Below, piece after piece: positions 62,224 through 64,000 of a stretch of DNA of 64,000 bases. The notes under the pieces are model-generated. The model was not told the DNA's origin. It saw nothing but the letters and a program-made list of their open reading frames with translations, and searched no databases. The position numbers were made by a program, and so were the translations under genes. Source of the DNA: Adineta vaga. Taxonomy: Eukaryota > Animalia > Rotifera. The stretch lies in NCBI GenBank assembly GCA_021613535.1, contig CP075497.1, forward strand, positions 10,292,001 through 10,356,000. The letters are read 5' to 3'. Position 1 is the stretch's first letter, and each line of letters starts with the position of its first letter.

Positions 62224-63529
62224 ATGGATACAGATGAACGAAGTGATACTACACGTCAGTATGGGGCTATGTCAATGGAACAAACCTTGACCGCACCATT
62301 GAATAATACGATTGATTTTCTTGTAATAATATAATCAAGGATAAGAAAATGAAATTTTCTCAACTTCTTCTCCTTTTTTTAATTTCTTTAGGGACCCGGA
62401 AATGAGTACGGTCAAACAACAGTTAGTTTTGAAGAAATATTAGATGAAGCATCTCGAGAATGTAAGTGTTATTTATAATTAATATGATTAAATTTCTTGT
62501 TTTGATCTCATTCGATCTGAATTAACATTCATGTAGAAGAAAATCTATCGCCACAAACCAAATAAGAAATATGTCAGTTGTAATCATTCTTAAAAATGAC
62601 TTTCTAAAGGCATAGAAGACGTTATGTTATATAATATATGCAAATTTAGACAGATGTTTCAATAGCCGATTAGCTGATTGGAATATTTATAAATCTATCA
62701 ATAGAATATCGAATTATCATTTGAATATTTCTTTTTCTTTTCTAGTTCTCAAATTTGGTTTTAAAAAAATCGCGAAAAAAAATGATTATATTCGAATTGA
62801 GAGTATTGGTGATGCCTTTCGTCATGCTGGTCAAAATCCAAGTGAAGATACAGTTAAAGATATGATTGAGAAAGCCAAATCTTTAAAAGAAACACACCAA
62901 CGTGATATCGATCCAGGTTTGTAGACATAACATTCTTAAGTCAGAAATCAAATACAAAAAAGTGAAGACGAAGAAAATCAGAATTAATTTTATTCTTTTC
63001 TTTTGTTTGGAGAACTTCAGAAGAAAAGTACTTGAAAAGATTTTTTAATTTTAATTCCATTGACAAATGTTTGTCTATATTGAATGAATAAATGAGTTCT
63101 TAGTTTTCTTTTGTCTATTTTTAAACTAGACGAAAAGGCTGATGATCGTTTAACATTTGCGGATTTTCTAACTATTGTTCATGAATTTTATGTGTCAACT
63201 GAGGACGATAAACAAAAATTACAAGAAGCATTCGATGTACTTGATCCGGAGACTAAATTAAAATTACCGGTTGATAATTTTACATATTTACTTAAAAATT
63301 GTGATTGGCCAGAAGATGATATCGATTTACTTCTTTCGCAGCTCAGTTGTGCAGATGGATTTTTTATTACTGATGGTAATCAGAAAAGCTTATTTGTACT
63401 ACGTCATTTTTTTCTTAATCTTATTTGTTTTTCTTTGTAGATTTACAAAAAATACTTAACACACCCGTTGAATTACCGAAGAAAAAAGGGAAGAAAGGTG
63501 GAAAAGGGAAAAAGAAAGGAAAAAAATGA
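62224..63529 (+). CDS. Divergent calmodulin/myosin-light-chain-like EF-hand protein with Lys-rich C-terminus
   Basis: IGDAFRHAGQNPSEDTVKDMI, RLTFADFLTIV, QKLQEAFDVLDPE motifs; five in-frame exons; tail PKKKGKKGGKGKKKGKK*. Confidence 0.75.
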
Positions 63530-63734
63530 CATTTTTCTTTTATAAATAAATAATCGTCATCAAATAAGCGATGAATATAGCATTTAGTTCATTTTTCTTA
63601 ATTATGATATTACGAAGATTTTTTTTCATGGATACTAATCTATGAATTCCGTAGTTCTTCATCGATCTTCATCAATTATACTAGCAGCTTTTCCTTTCTT
63701 ATTTTTCTTCTGCTCGATTTGCTTTCTGGCCATC

Positions 63735-63752
63735 AGAGAGAGAGAGAGAGAG
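63735..63752. repeat. (AG)9 microsatellite
   Basis: Direct dinucleotide run. Confidence 0.9.
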
Positions 63753-64000
63753 TCTTTTACCAGCCGTTTTTGGCCTTGTCGTTAGTCGCCTCCAACAAGC
63801 GTATAAACGAAGAAGTCAATCTTAATAGAAAACATCTGACAGTTCTGAGCGAACTATTCTACAAGACAGTCTTCTGTCATCTAGATATGTCGAAGAAGAA
63901 AAAACGAAGAAGGAACGTTTGCTTTTTATCCAACAAAATCATTTGTACTAAAGTAACAACGATTGGAACATCTCTCATTTCTTGCCATAAGGATATTGTT

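Noticed and set aside
63600-64000. Possible minus-strand terminal exons of a gene beyond the window
   Set aside because: No convincing frame or homology could be assigned.
1-64000. CRISPR arrays, rRNA, tRNA, intact transposase or reverse-transcriptase genes
   Set aside because: None recognised by eye; repeats are microsatellites, polyQ codons or local palindromes. A tRNAscan-SE/Rfam/RepeatMasker run would be needed to exclude them formally.

Overview
AT-rich, gene-dense eukaryotic (animal) DNA with many short (~50-75 nt) GT-AG introns. Compact introns, metazoan genes and interspersed foreign-looking genes suggest a bdelloid rotifer; this is an inference and cannot be proven from the window. 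About 25 protein-coding genes are supported: the 3' end of epsinR/CLINT1, a fungal-type Cys-rich secreted peptide, a TIP30-like NAD(P)-binding protein, TEX49/SPMIP11, sideroflexin-5, a selenocysteine glutathione peroxidase with a type II SECIS, two tandem LDLa single-pass proteins, an ATF2-like bZIP, POGLUT1/Rumi, a short NOC4L, domino (SRCAP/EP400), an ankyrin-SOCS box protein, an anoctamin, a YbaY + potato inhibitor I fusion, CACUL1, a RING + UBR-box protein, ICA69, DAD1, a PBX-like homeobox lacking the TALE loop, a classical cadherin, a DUF1295 protein, an EF-hand protein and two orphans. The main candidates for new biology are: (1) a ~210-nt RNA hairpin in the long domino intron, positioned to switch between SRCAP-like and p400-like isoforms. 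It abuts an intronic AAUAAA, masks a GUGAGU donor-like site and displays a YCAY cluster in its loop. (2) Operon-like same-strand chains in which a poly(A) signal is followed by an unpaired splice acceptor just before the next ATG; one chain includes a foreign-looking gene. (3) A secreted chimera of a bacterial YbaY domain and a protease inhibitor. (4) A divergent homeobox gene behind a cluster of palindromic TTAATTGATG sites. All identifications come from manual translation and motif recognition; no searches or folding programs were run.
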